This document shows, one piece after another, positions 38,071-50,952 of a stretch of 64,000 nt of DNA. Below the pieces are notes generated by a model. It searched no databases. It saw only the letters and a program-made list of their open reading frames with translations, and was not told the origin of the DNA. The position numbers and the translations under genes were made by a program. Position 1 is the first letter of the stretch. The number at the start of each line of letters is the position of its first letter. The stretch is from Octopus sinensis (lineage: Eukaryota): contig NC_043026.1 in NCBI RefSeq assembly GCF_006345805.1, positions 3,224,001 to 3,288,000 of the forward strand. The letters are read 5' to 3'.

Positions 38071-38273
38071 GTAGGTTAAATGTAAGCCGATTGCCTCTGT
38101 GTCTCTTCCTGCTGCTGTTGTTGTTGTTGTTATCTCTCTCCTCTCTGAGTTCCGTGGCGAACTTTTGCTGATCGATCGAGCCTGGTCAATCGTCGTCGCT
38201 TGACTTGTTGGGATCCCGGGTTCGAGTTCGAGCGACGGCAGGTGGGATTCCGTAGCAACTTTCGGAGGTCCAT

Positions 38274-38342
<69 letters not shown>

Positions 38343-38691
38343 TATATATATATTAAACATTTACATATATTTTATTATTAATTTGCATATTGATGTATAT
38401 TGTTTTGTTCCATTTTCATGTTCCTATTTGTATAATTAATAAATAATATGAAATTGTAATATCCGTAAGTTGATGATCGAAATGAATTTGTTCCTCCATT
38501 TTCTTATTTATATATATATATATAGGCACAGAAGTGGCTGAGTGGTAAGAAGTTTGCTTCTCAACCACATGGTTCCGGGTTCAGTCCCACTGCATAGCAC
38601 CATTGGGCAAGTGTCTTCTACTATAGCCTTGGGCCAATCAAAGCTTTGTGTGTGGATTTCATAGATGGAAACTGAAAGAAAACCATCGTAA

Positions 38692-38747
<56 letters not shown>

Positions 38748-39069
38748 TTGTGTGTGTGAGTGTTTATCACCCCATCATCACTTGACAACTGATGGTGGTG
38801 TGTTTATGTCCCCATAATTAGCGGTTTGGTAAGAAAGTTCAATAGAATAATTACTAGGCTTACAACGAATAAATCTTGGAGTCGACTTGTTTGACTAAAG
38901 GTCGTACTCTAGTATGGCTGCAGTCAAATGACTGAAACTAGTAAAAGAATATATATATATATGTGTGTGTGCGTGTGTATGTATATATATGTCTGAGGGA
39001 AAAAGGAACCATCTTGGATTGGTCCTTTCTTAGTGGAATACTTTACAACCGGTTGTGTTGCATCCCCTG

Positions 39070-39440
39070 GTGCAGATGCATCTTATCAGGTGTCTTGTTT
39101 TAAAGAAGATACCTCACTAAATATGTTCGGTTTGAATTGGCATGTTGTTGCTTGTAAGGTTTTGGCAGATGTATAGAGATATATAATGTTGATTTGTTTA
39201 GCAAGTGTAAGATTGGTAGAATCGAGAGCCTCCTTAAGCATTCGCAGTTGTGCTGGGCTGGGCATATCCTCAAAATGAATGACGAAAGAATACCCAAGGT
39301 TATCATTTACAGCCAGCTGAGATAGTGGCACAGAATGTTGGTTGACCATGGCTCAGATATAAGGAGAAGCTGAAGAGTAACTTCTCAGTTGTGGAGATAA
39401 CTCACAACGCCTTTGAGGACACAGCTTTTGGCATTAGAAG
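39070..39440 (+). mobile_element. RTE-clade LINE 3' fragment, decayed
   Basis: Frame reads IESLLKHSQLCWAGHILKMNDERIPKVIIYSQL (cf. QLRWAGHV.RM.D.RIPK). Confidence 0.7.
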
Positions 39441-39560
39441 GAATATTTAAAGCATTTATATATAATTATATATGTGTGTGTATGTATGAGTAAAAAGTAG
39501 TTGAATTTACAAAATTCTTTGGTAAATCTTTGGGGTCGATGTAATTGACTTATAACCTCC

Positions 39561-39773
39561 TCAGAAATTGCTGGCCTTGTGCCAAAATTTGAAACCAATA
39601 TGAGGGTTGTACTTGTTAATTAAAATAGCTTCTTTTATTCTCGGGTTCCCAATGTTTCTTTCTGTAATTTCAATGGAAACCTGGATGTCTTGAGTGTGGC
39701 ATTTCCCTAAGTGCTTCTCAATGGAAGAAACATTGTTCCTTAACCCATATATACTTACCTGTTTTATGTTCAT
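39561..39773 (-). mobile_element. Penelope-like GIY-YIG C-terminal fragment
   Basis: SSIEKHL.KC...RIKEAILINKYNP.I motif. Confidence 0.55.
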
Positions 39774-40849
39774 AGTTTTACAAACAGTCAGTTGTGTTCC
39801 ATCTCAATCACCAATAACTCATTATACTTTATTCCTTACCTTACGAGTAAAACAACCACATTCTTCTGATTGACGCATAAAACTAGCTAATGATTAATGT
39901 TTCACTTGAACAATCTATGTTCTCACCCCCAACATTCACTGACAACCACATTTTAGGCTTATTGTAGGTGTTTGTAGTTATATTCACACGTCCAGACACA
40001 TGTTCTTCCTCCTCTGTCGTCGTTTAACATGCTTTCCATGCTGGCATGGCTGGAAGTTTGGACAGGAGCTGGTCAGGCCCCAATTGTTTCTTTTGGCATG
40101 GTTTCTATGGCTGTATGACGCCAACCACTTTACTGGTGCTCCTTATGTGCCTCTGGCACGAATGCATTTTATGTGGCACTGGTACCCGCAAGACAAAGAC
40201 TCATCGAGAGGGCGTGGGGGCATGGACATAAAGGACAGCCTGTATGTATGGATGGTCACGATTTTTCTTAGCTTCTATCATCATCATCATCATTTGGCTG
40301 GCATGGGTTAAATGGTCTGACAGGAAATGGTAAGCTGGAGGGCTTCCCAGGTTCCAGTCTGATTTGGCATGGATTCTACAGCTGGATGCCCTTCCTAATG
40401 CTGACCACTCCTGGAGTGTAATGGGTGGTTCTTACCTGTGTAAATATGCATATATATGTATTTCCCAAAGAGTCGTTTACTTCAACAAACCATCTGCTGG
40501 CACCTTCAAAGGTGCATGGAATAACCGATCCATTTATTAAAAACCAGGTAACAATAGAAAGGCCATCCAGGTGTAAAACGGTGACTCAATAATATATCCA
40601 CCTGACCCATGCTAACGTAGAAAAGCTGGATGTAAAACCAAGAAGCACGTAAGGACATGTTTTCATATGAATTTACATATATGTTGTGTGTGTGTGTGTG
40701 CTTACATATGTCTAAAGCTATCTGCAGATATTTTTGTCAACATTTGTACATCTTTATACATGTGCATTCATGTGTGTATACACTCCTGTATGCATGTCTC
40801 GGTGCATGGATTTGCATTGAAACATGTGCAAAAGTACACACACACACAC

Positions 40850-40890
<41 letters not shown>

Positions 40891-41099
40891 GAGAGAAAGA
40901 GAGGCAGATGTAGATATAGCTACACACATACACACACATGTTGGAAGGCGTAAAGTTCCTTGTTTTCGGTAAAACAAAATACAAGAGGACGATTTCATTG
41001 AACATATTCCCTTTTTGTTTTCCTAATCCCTGTGAAAATACTTGGAAGGTTGGGCCACCAACCAGTTCTTCCCCGATACCCTTAAATCCAGGACCTTCT

Positions 41100-41330
41100 C
41101 AGCACCTCGCTCTTATACACATATCTAAGTAAAGGCATCCTTAACTCTTTCTCCTCCACCATCACGAATGTCATCTACTGCATCAAATGCACTCCTTGTG
41201 GGGCTTTATACACTGCCCAAACCGGTCATCATTGTCTAGTGGATCGATTCACCAAATACTTATAAGATATCCATCTCTAGAAACAAACACTCCTTTCCTG
41301 TCATCTCTGCTCAGCGAACCACTTTACACA
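41100..41330 (+). mobile_element. Decayed Penelope-like GIY-YIG fragment
   Basis: From 41161: ITNVIYCIKCTPCGALYTAQTG...DRF..Y.*DI (cf. NVIYCI.C..C..LYIGETG...RF.EH). Confidence 0.65.
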
Positions 41331-43180
41331 ACACCTGAATGTTCAGCTTAATGTTGCTCAACAGATCCTTAGCTCCTAGATTTCGCATGGCACAATGTTT
41401 CATCTTCTCACTACTGACTCGTACACCATTTGGTCTCAACTCACCACACACCTTCTTGGGACTGCTCCCCATACAACATGTCTCCACCCCGTGACATTCA
41501 CACACACACATCATATATATGTCAGACAGTCTCTCTCTCTCTCTCACACACACACACTGCCCATACCTTCCTCACACACATTCACATGAATGAGATTATA
41601 TGCACAGACCTGCACATGCATGCAACAGCCACATTCACGCACAACTCTCTCCCTCCTTCTTTCCCTTAATCACTTTCATTTCTTTTTCTTCCTTCTCTTT
41701 TCCTTCTCCATAATGCATACGTTAGCACACACACACACATTTATATACACATAAGCAGACAGAAATCCTCTTTCATGCACACACAAACACGTGTGTGTGT
41801 GGCCTCTTTCAGTTTTCATCTACCAAATCCACTGATGAATCACTGATTGCCCCAGGGCTATTGTAGCAGGCCTTTGCTGTAAGGTACCATGCGGTGGGAC
41901 TGAACCTGAAACCACATGGTTAGGAAGCGGACTTCTCACCCACATAGCCTCAGCTCTAAATACAAGATATACTTACATACATATAACATCATCATCATCG
42001 TTTAATGTCCGTTTTCCATGCTGGCATGGGTTGGACGGTTCTGGGAAGCCAGGAGGCTGCCCCAGACTCCAGTCTGATCTGGCACTGTTTCTACAGCTGG
42101 ATGCCCTTCCTAATGCCAACCACTCCGAGAGTGCAGTGGGTTCTTGGGACTCTGTTAGTTACAAAAACGGATCCAGGTGATCCAATCAACGGAACGGACT
42201 GCACGTGAAATTGACATGCAAGTGGCTGAGTGCACCACAGACATGTTTACTCTTAGCACAGTTATCAGCAAAGTTCAGAGTGACACAGAATGTGACAAGG
42301 CTGGCCATTTTGAATTGTGAGTACAACTCATTTTTGCCAATGTGAAATAAAGTGTCTTGCTCAAGGACGTGCCAGTGAAGATTGAACTCATGAGCTTCTG
42401 ATCATTAACTGAATACCTTACCCACTGAGCCATGTTCCTCCACTCACTACATATATACATAGATACACACACCACACACACATATATATATATATATACA
42501 GAGAGAGAATGCATACATACGCATGCATATATACATATGTGTGCGTGTGGGTGTATATATAAATGAATAAAAATCTCAAGAGTCAGAGGAATCGAATTAA
42601 ACAAAAAAAAACAAAAAAAAGGCAAGAGAGAAAAAAGAAGAAGAACAACAACGAGTTTGTAGTAAAAGTGTTTCCTATATTGAATGAATGTCAGTGCCGC
42701 CGGTAATTGGGACGAGGGCCTCGACTGTCGAGTGGAGGGCATGGGTTGTCTACCCTGCTGCTGGCTGCTATCGCTGGTGATCGAGACCGTTTTGGTAGAG
42801 TGAGGGCAACAGAAGATGTGTCCATTGCTTCTGGGTCATCTCGCATTGAGCTATGTCCTGCTAGGCATCCATCCATCAAAGGGGCCATGGTTGATGGACT
42901 GCACAAATAAATACAGAATACATATATACGCATAAATATATATACAGATAAAATATATATATACATACATACACACACACACAAATGATTATATAGAAAA
43001 GAAATATGTATATATACACATGAATAAATACAGACAGAAGGTTATATACACACACACATACACACATATATATATATGTATATATAATGTACTGTTCCGT
43101 GATAGAAAATTCAACAAAAAGTACTCCATCTGGTGAGAGATGAATACTATTTACTTAAAGGACACAATACATGTCTTTAA

Positions 43181-44088
43181 GTGCTGCTAATAGTTTCATG
43201 TGTTGAGAAAACTCCAAAATATTCCTCAGGCACAAACTAATTATCATTACTAAAGAAATTGAATAATTAAAGGAACTCGAAAAAAACTAAGGCAGCGTGC
43301 AGAAAATGCAGACAGTAAACAATGGAAAGCAAAAAACAGAAAATGGAAAGTGGAAAACAGAAACTAGAGTGTAAAAAGGTCAGAAAAGGTAAAAGAGCTC
43401 TCCACCTTAGAGCTTAAATGATAAGGCTGGAAAGATATGAAGTCAGTCAGGAATAGGCAGAAGTCACTACAATCCGAAATCATAATACAAGCGATAGGAA
43501 GACCTATATTGGATTATGTGAAGGTGAATTGAAAAATCGCTCTGCTAATCACATCAGCTCCTTCCAACAGAGGGACGAAAGTAAAGCTACTAAGTTGGCT
43601 AGCTACGTATGGAGTTTGAAAGATAACGAAACGCCACATGGGATTAAATGGAAGGTAATTGAAAAATCCATATCTTATGTGAACAGATCGAATAAATATA
43701 GACTTTGGCTGAAAGAGCGCAGATCCTGTTCAGATCAGAGATCCCTAACTCTCTATTGAACTCCAGGTCAGAAATTTTCAGTGGTTGCGTGCATATGTAT
43801 AAATATATTTTGAAAAATTGGAAAATTCCACCTACCCCTGACCGACTTGATGTCTTTCCAGCCTTATCATTTAAGGTCTTAGGAGGATAACTCTTTTACC
43901 TTTTTACTTTTTATTTTTGACATTTTAGTTTTCCATTTTCTCTTCTTTCTCTCTACATTTTCTTCATGCTGTCTTCTCAGTTTTTTTCGCGTTTCTTCTA
44001 TTATTCAATTTCTTTAGTTTGTTATGATACGTGGTTTGCACCCAAAGATTATGTTTCAGTTTTCTCAACAGGAAACTATTTGTAGCAC
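43181..44088 (+). mobile_element. 5'-truncated Penelope-like element with inverted pseudo-LTR
   Basis: GIY-YIG remnant KTYIGLCEGELKNRSANH...TKLASYVWSLK (about 43490-43800), homologous to the 2205-2840 ORF. Flanked by inverted repeats of about 270 bp (43181-43455 and 43832-44088), each ending in a decayed hammerhead. Confidence 0.8.
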
Positions 44089-44319
44089 TTTAATACATGA
44101 GTTGTAACCTTTAATTGAATAACATATAACTATATACACATACACATATATATATAGAGAGAGAGAGGGAGGGAGGGAGAGTCAATAGCTGAGATCCAGA
44201 GCTTCTCACTCTAACAAATTTTATAATCTTATCTTCAGTATTAAATCTCGTAGTAACAACTTCAATTGGTTTCTCATGTGCAAGTCCAACTCTGTTGTCA
44301 TCTCAATGAGCAAAGAGAC

Positions 44320-45170
44320 AATGCATTGCTGATTTGCTCTGGGCAGGAGATGACCATCAAGCAAATTTCTGAGTTGGTTAATGTGTCGTTAAGCACAGTT
44401 TACGACATCAAGAACTATTTGGATAACACCAGAGGTATTCAGAAGAAACTGAAGCAACCAATAACAAGTGAGATCCAGCATACCTGAAGGCCCTCAAATC
44501 TAAAATTTCAAAGGATCCAACCACATCTCTGACAAAACTGACAACTGAAATGAAAATTGATACCAAGACTGTTAGAAATACTGTTCACTGTGATTGAATC
44601 CTGCAACATTTTGTGCCAACTCCAAGACACCCCCTGACCGATTCAATGAAAGTCAGGAAGCTCGAGAGAGCAAAAAAAGTGTTGTGCCTTCCTGAAGAGG
44701 TCAGGATCCACTGTGGAAAATAGTTTCTGACGAGAAAATCTTCACTGTGGATTCTGTTGTGAACAGACGAAACGATTGGTTTATTGCTGAATCACTATCT
44801 CAAGTGAAGGGTGTCTACAGAGCAAAGCATCCTGCTCGGGGGAGGCAGTTGTGGCATCAGATGACAAAAGAAAAACAATGGCCCAACATTTTTTACATTC
44901 TCCTGAGAGAATCGGTGCTGATGTCTATTACAAAGCGTGAAGATAGCATGTCCTGCTTTAGCCTAATTAGCTAATTACCCTAAACGTAATTATATGTAGA
45001 TTCAGGATGGAACACCTGCTCATACAGCAAAGGAAGTACAAAAGCAATGAAGGGACAATTTTGCTGATTCGTAGCCCTTCTCCAGCCCCGACTCGAATCC
45101 ACTGGACTATTCTAGTTGAGGCACTTTAGAGCAGTCTACCAACAGAGTTTTGAAGAAAGAATGGGCCAAA
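44320..45170 (+). mobile_element. Tc1/mariner-superfamily transposase relic (DD..D type)
   Basis: HTH-like KQISELVNVSLSTVYDIK; catalytic motifs SDEKIFTV, IQDGTPAH, SPDSNPLDY; many stops and frameshifts; TIRs not identified. Confidence 0.8.
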
Positions 45171-46492
45171 TTGCCCAAACTTCAGATGCCATATCCAATT
45201 GGTGACAGACAATATTGGGGGTCACATTAGAGCAGACTCTCTATTATTGGCAGCAATAACTTAAGGATAAATAATCTTGCTTAATGTTGACCCTTCCATC
45301 TACAAATAAACATTTCCAAATTCTTTTTGGCTTTTCCAAGTTTTGCTTTTCTATCCTGTAAATGTCTGTATGTATATGTATATATGTGTATGTGAGTGTG
45401 TGTGTATATATATATATGCATGTGTAGACATCTTATACATACATATATGTATGTATATCTGCATGTATGTGTACATATCTATACATATATATGAGTGTGT
45501 ATGTGTATACATATATACTTTTATTTTTATTCTTCGGTTTAACAAAGTTATAAAACGAAGTTATAACATTATTCTCCTATACATATGTATCTCTCTCTCT
45601 CTATGTTATATGTATATATATATACACACAAACATACATGTGTGTATAAATAAATGAATATTTGAAGGGAGAAACTGAGATATACACATGTTATATACAC
45701 GGTGGTGGTTTTAGCTTTACCTTGTTGGTCCACGGAAACCAGCCATCAGTTGACGACGTGGAGACTTTGATTTGAGTAATTCAGTGAAGACAGATGGCGC
45801 CACATATGTGAAACCCTGGAAACAGTTCAGAAGAAAAAAGAAGAAAATTATTTAAGAACTTGAAGAACAATCAGAGACCAAACCCTTCTTCCCCGCCCTA
45901 AAACCTTTTTCCTCGCATAAAAACTGAAATGTATATTTAGGTTTATTCAGACATAGTGTATCTAGGAGAACATCATTTAATGTATCCTTCCTTGTTGTTT
46001 AACTCCAGCAAACCTATGATCATAGATGTTCCAACTGTGACCATCCTGTCTTCCACTCATTCATTTCCAACTCACCCCACCCTCTCTCTCTCCCTATATT
46101 GTATACACTACCGCCACCATCACCCTAGTTCCTCCCACAGAAAGCCACGGTTTAAGACCAGCCTTAAATGGGTCAGTCTCTTCGCTTTGAGAGACAATGT
46201 CAACAACATCAACACCGACCATTATTTAATACCAATAATAATAATAATAATAATATAATAAAAATGGTTCCAGATTTTGCCACAAGGGCAGCAGTCTTGT
46301 TGGAAAGGATGAATTGATTTTATTGACCCCAGTGTTCAACTGGTACTTATTTTATCAACCCCAAAAGGATGAAAGGTAAAGTTAACCTTGGCAGGATTTG
46401 AACTCAGAACCTAGCGCCAGGCGAAACACTGCTAAGCATTTTGTCCAGCACACTAACTATTGTGCCAGCTCACTGCTTCAATAATAATAATA

Positions 46493-48468
46493 ACATCATC
46501 ATCATCATCATCGTTTAACGTCCGCTTTCCATGCTAGCATGGGTTGGACGGTTCAACTGGGGTCTGGGAAGCCAGAAGGCTGCACCAGGCCCAGTCTGAT
46601 CTGGCAGTGTTTCTACGGCTGGATGCCCTTCCTAACGCCAACCACTCTGTGAGTGTAGTGGGTGCTTTTTACGTGCCAGTCAGGGCGGCGCTGGCTACGG
46701 CCACATTTGCATGGTACTCTTACGTGCCACCGGCACTGGTATCACAGCTACGAATTCCACTATGTCAATAGATTATGATTTTGATTTTCACTTGCCTCAA
46801 CAGGTCTTCACAAATGGAGTTTTGTGTCCCAAGAAGGAAAGGAACACATAAGTGGGCTGGCTACATCCCAGGTAGGGCCCATGGGATTATGGCCTCACTT
46901 GTCCTGCCGGGGCTTCTCACGCACAGCATACTTCCAACGGTCTCGGTCTCTAGTCATTTCCTCGGTGAGACCTAAAGTTCGAAGGTCGTGCTTCACCACC
47001 TCATCGCAGGTTTTCCTGGGTCTACCTCTTCCACAGGTTCCCTCAACCACTAGGTTGTGGCACTTTTTCACACAACTATCTTCATCCATTCTCGCCACAT
47101 GGTCATGCCAGTGCAAACGTCTCTCTTGCACACTACAACTGATGCTTCTTAGGTCCAACTTTTCTCTCAAAGTACTTACACTCTGTCGAGTATGAACACT
47201 GACATTACACATCCATCGGACCATACTGGCTTCATTTCTTGCGAGCACATCCACCCCCGCTGCTGACTTGGTCACCGAGGTAACAGAAGCTATCAACTAT
47301 TTCTAGTTTTTCTCCCTGGAATGTGGCGGAAGATGGTCTCTGCGTATTTTCAGTGTTTGATACTCCCGAGCATCTGCCACATAGAAAAACTATCTTCCTA
47401 GTTAGCCTTCCTTTGACATTGCTGCACCTCTTATGTGTCCATAGCTTACACTTGGTGCATCTTATAGAGTTTCTACCTACACCTTTCTTACAGATCGAGC
47501 AGGGCCATCTACCTGAAGGTGTTTATGATTTGTCTACCTTCCTACTTATTAGGACTTTGGTTTTAGCTAGGTTGACTCTAAGGCCCTTCGATTCTAAACC
47601 TTGCTTCCACACCTGAAACTTCTCCTCCAGTTCTGATAGAGACTCAGCAATTAGAGCAAGGTCATCAGCATAGAGGAGCTCCCAGGGGCATCCTGTCTTG
47701 AATTCCTCCATTATTGCTTGGAGGACTATGATAAATAGGAGGGAACTGAGGACTGAACCTTGGTGGACCCCAACCTCTACCCGGAATTCTTCACTGTACT
47801 CGTTGCCAACCCTCACCTTACTAGCAGTGTCCCTGTTAATGGCTCGTTCAGCTCTCACTAACCTTTCATCTATCCCTAGTTTCCTCATTGACCACCAGAT
47901 AAGGGATCGGGGGACCCTGTCGAAGGCTTTCTCCATATCAACAAAAGCCAGGTATAGGGGCTTGCCTTTGGCTAGGTATTTCTCCTGCAGCTGTCTTACC
48001 AGGAATATAGCATCAGTAGTACTTTTCCCTGGCACGAACCCAAACTGCATCTCTAATTACTCTCTCTCTAATTAGTTGGGCTATGACCCTCTCCGTAACC
48101 TTCATTATCTGATCCAACAGCTTGATACCTCTATAATTATTTGTATCTAGGGCATCACCTTTACCTTTGTAGCAGTTGACTAGTATGCTGCTACACCAGT
48201 CATTGGGAATGACTTCTTCGTGTATCACCTGGTTAACTATACGGGTGACTAGGCTATAGCTGACACTACCAGATATGTTGAGCAGTAATTCCTGATGGGC
48301 CTGGGGCTTTCCCTGTCTTCATGCTTCTAATTGCCTTAACTACCAAGGAACTGTCAACTCGGATAGCTGGTCCCTCTGTTGGGTCGACATTCGGCAGACT
48401 CTCTTCATCCCATTCATTTTCTTTATTCAGCAACCTTTCATAGTGGCATCTCCAAACCTCTCTCTTTG
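46493..48468 (-). mobile_element. 5'-truncated RTE-clade LINE with RT domain, 3' UTR and (GAT)n tail
   Basis: KAPGPSGI, NYRGIKLL, QFGFVPGKSTTDAIF, FVDMEKAFDRVPR, GVHQGSVLS.LLF, YADD, LRW..HV.RM, GRGRPRKT. Frameshifts and an internal deletion. 5' end abuts duplication copy B. Confidence 0.95.
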
Positions 48469-50877
48469 GATAAATTAAATACCAGTTACGCACTGGGGGT
48501 CAATCCAGATTTCAGGCCTTGTGCCTATAGTAGAAAGGAATATGGATGTGTGTGTTATCTCAGTCCATATTCCTGGGTGGGGTAGAAACTTTCATGGGGT
48601 CCTAGCAGAAGCAGTCATCACTAGACTTTCTTGCTAGCTTCCCTAGCAGGACCATCTGTGACTGCTAGTCTTGTTCTCCTGCTTTTTGGCTTCTCTTGGA
48701 GGATCCATTTTGCAATTATGTCCCCACTATATTCTAATCACATGTCTGTAGTATTGAAGTTGTGACCTCTCGATGGGGTCAAGCAGCTCTTTCCTGTTCC
48801 CTGGCTGACCTCTATTTATACAGGGTTAGACACAGAGTGGAAGCAGTTTGTTGTGAAGACTTTGGAATGGTAATTGATAATTGCAGAGGATGCAGCAATA
48901 TTTAGAAATGTGTTCTTCAGGACCTGTACATTTGATAACATTAACAGTTTGGCAACATTGTCTGTCTGTGAGTCTATGTGTATATGTATTCATATGGATG
49001 AGGGTAACTGTATAAAGAAATGCTGGTCACTTAGGATGGCATTGAGTGAGGTGATGGAGGCTGATCTCCGGGTCTGGAACTCCATAGAGGTGATGACAAA
49101 GGATGGGGAGAACTGGCAATAGGAACTTGAAAAGACCTTCTGAAATTGGTAAAACTAAGTTCTAGACACTGTGTATGTATACACCATACGTCTCTCTCTC
49201 TCTCTCTCTCTCTCCCCATTCACTGAACCCTTCAGATGAGGTGACAAAGGACCGAGGTATCTGGTGCAGAAGTGTTAAGGCCGTTCCCTGCTGATGAAAA
49301 GGGTTGGCCTGCAAGAGTCAGTGCCACGTAAAAGTGCTCGTGCCAGTGTCACATTAAAACCACTCAACAAACTCTGTAAAAAATGGTTGGCATTAGGAAG
49401 GACATCCAGCCATAGAAAGGGCCAACCAGACTGGAACCTGGTGCAGCTCTTCTGCTTGCCAGCTCTGGTCAAACCGTCCAACCCATGCCAGCATGAAAAA
49501 CAGATGTTAAAAGATGACGATGACAATACACACAGACACACCACACAACTGGTCCCTTTGCCCAATTTCCCTATTAAGACACCTCCACTAGATATCTTGA
49601 TGCTTTGTCATCTCCTTTGAAAGGTTCAGTGAATGGAATGGTGGTAGGGGAGGAGAGATAATTTGGTGTATCGATGTATGAGTTCCCCCATCATCTTTGT
49701 ACCTGCAGCTTCTCCTTCATCTGACTCGTTTTTCTCAACTGCCCACAACCATTCCACTTGATATCCACCATTAATCCTTTCGCTGTTCTCTCCATCCACA
49801 TTTTACATTGATCATTCTTTCCCTCTGACCCACCAAATTATCTCCTTCTCTACCACTGTACGTTTCACTCTCCCCCGTCCCCACACTCTGGCTACCTATA
49901 CAAACTACACATCATCTCTCTCTCTCTCCCTCATCCCTTATCCTTCTCCTTCACCACTGTATCTCTATACTAGTATTGCTTTGCCTTTCACTCACATATT
50001 TCATTGGTCTCTACCTCTTTATCCACCCCTTGGTACCTGTTCTCCACTCATTATAGTCACACCCCTCCCGCCAAACCCTCTTGCAACCTCTTCCCCCCCC
50101 CACATTCTTTTATCTTCAGTTCCATCTCGTTTCGGCTCAGCCTCTACTTTGCCCCTCCAACCATGACATCTCATCACCACTCGGTTTCTCTCTTCCCAGC
50201 TCCAACCTGATTGGTCGTCTCCATCCTCTCTTTTAAGATTTGAGAAAGCATGTTGTTGTTCTTCTTCTACAGCAAGAAACATGATCTGCTCTGGCTCCTT
50301 CCCTTATGCTGTAACCCCTCATCATCATCATCATCATCATCATCTAGCCTCCGTTTTCCGTGCTTGCATGGGTTGGATGGCTTGACAGGAACTGGTAAGT
50401 CCAGGAGCTGCTCCAGGCTCCGATTGTCCGCTTTGGCTTGGTGTCTATGGATGGATGCTCTCCCTAACGCCAACCACCTTACAGAATGCACTGGGTGCTG
50501 AAGTGGAACCATCACCAGTGCTTTCCATGTGTCACTAGCACCCACACCAATGCCTTTCATGTGGCACCTTGGTTTTAGGATCTCCATTCTGTTGTGGTGG
50601 GCAAGTATGGCAATGTGCCACATATCCATCCTCTCCTTTGTCAGGTCCAGCGTTTTGTGATTGGCCTTCAGTACTTCATCCCATGTCTTCTTTGCTTTCC
50701 TTGATCATTAGATAGTTAATTAATGTATAATTAGTGCAAGATTCATTACTTTAAATAAACTACTTGATCCAGAACTAAAATCGAAATGTCAAATCAGTTG
50801 ATGTCTGTGTGTCTGTGCATGGACACTTCAGCCATACAACGACTGATGCTTATAAATATATTTCTCTATATTTACAG

Positions 50878-50952
50878 ATGACCACTCCAGCTATTCAGAA
50901 TGACTTCAGCTATTACAGAAGAACAGTTAGTCGTCAGAGGATGACGAATGAG
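50878..50952 (+). CDS. CYRI: Duplicate of CYRI exon 5
   Basis: Reads identical to 18155-18229 with intact splice sites; lies in the duplicated block. May be an assembly haplotig. Confidence 0.8.

Noticed and set aside
45788-45803. CAGATGGCGCCAC, resembling CTCF/YY1 core motifs
   Set aside because: A single partial short match with no supporting context.
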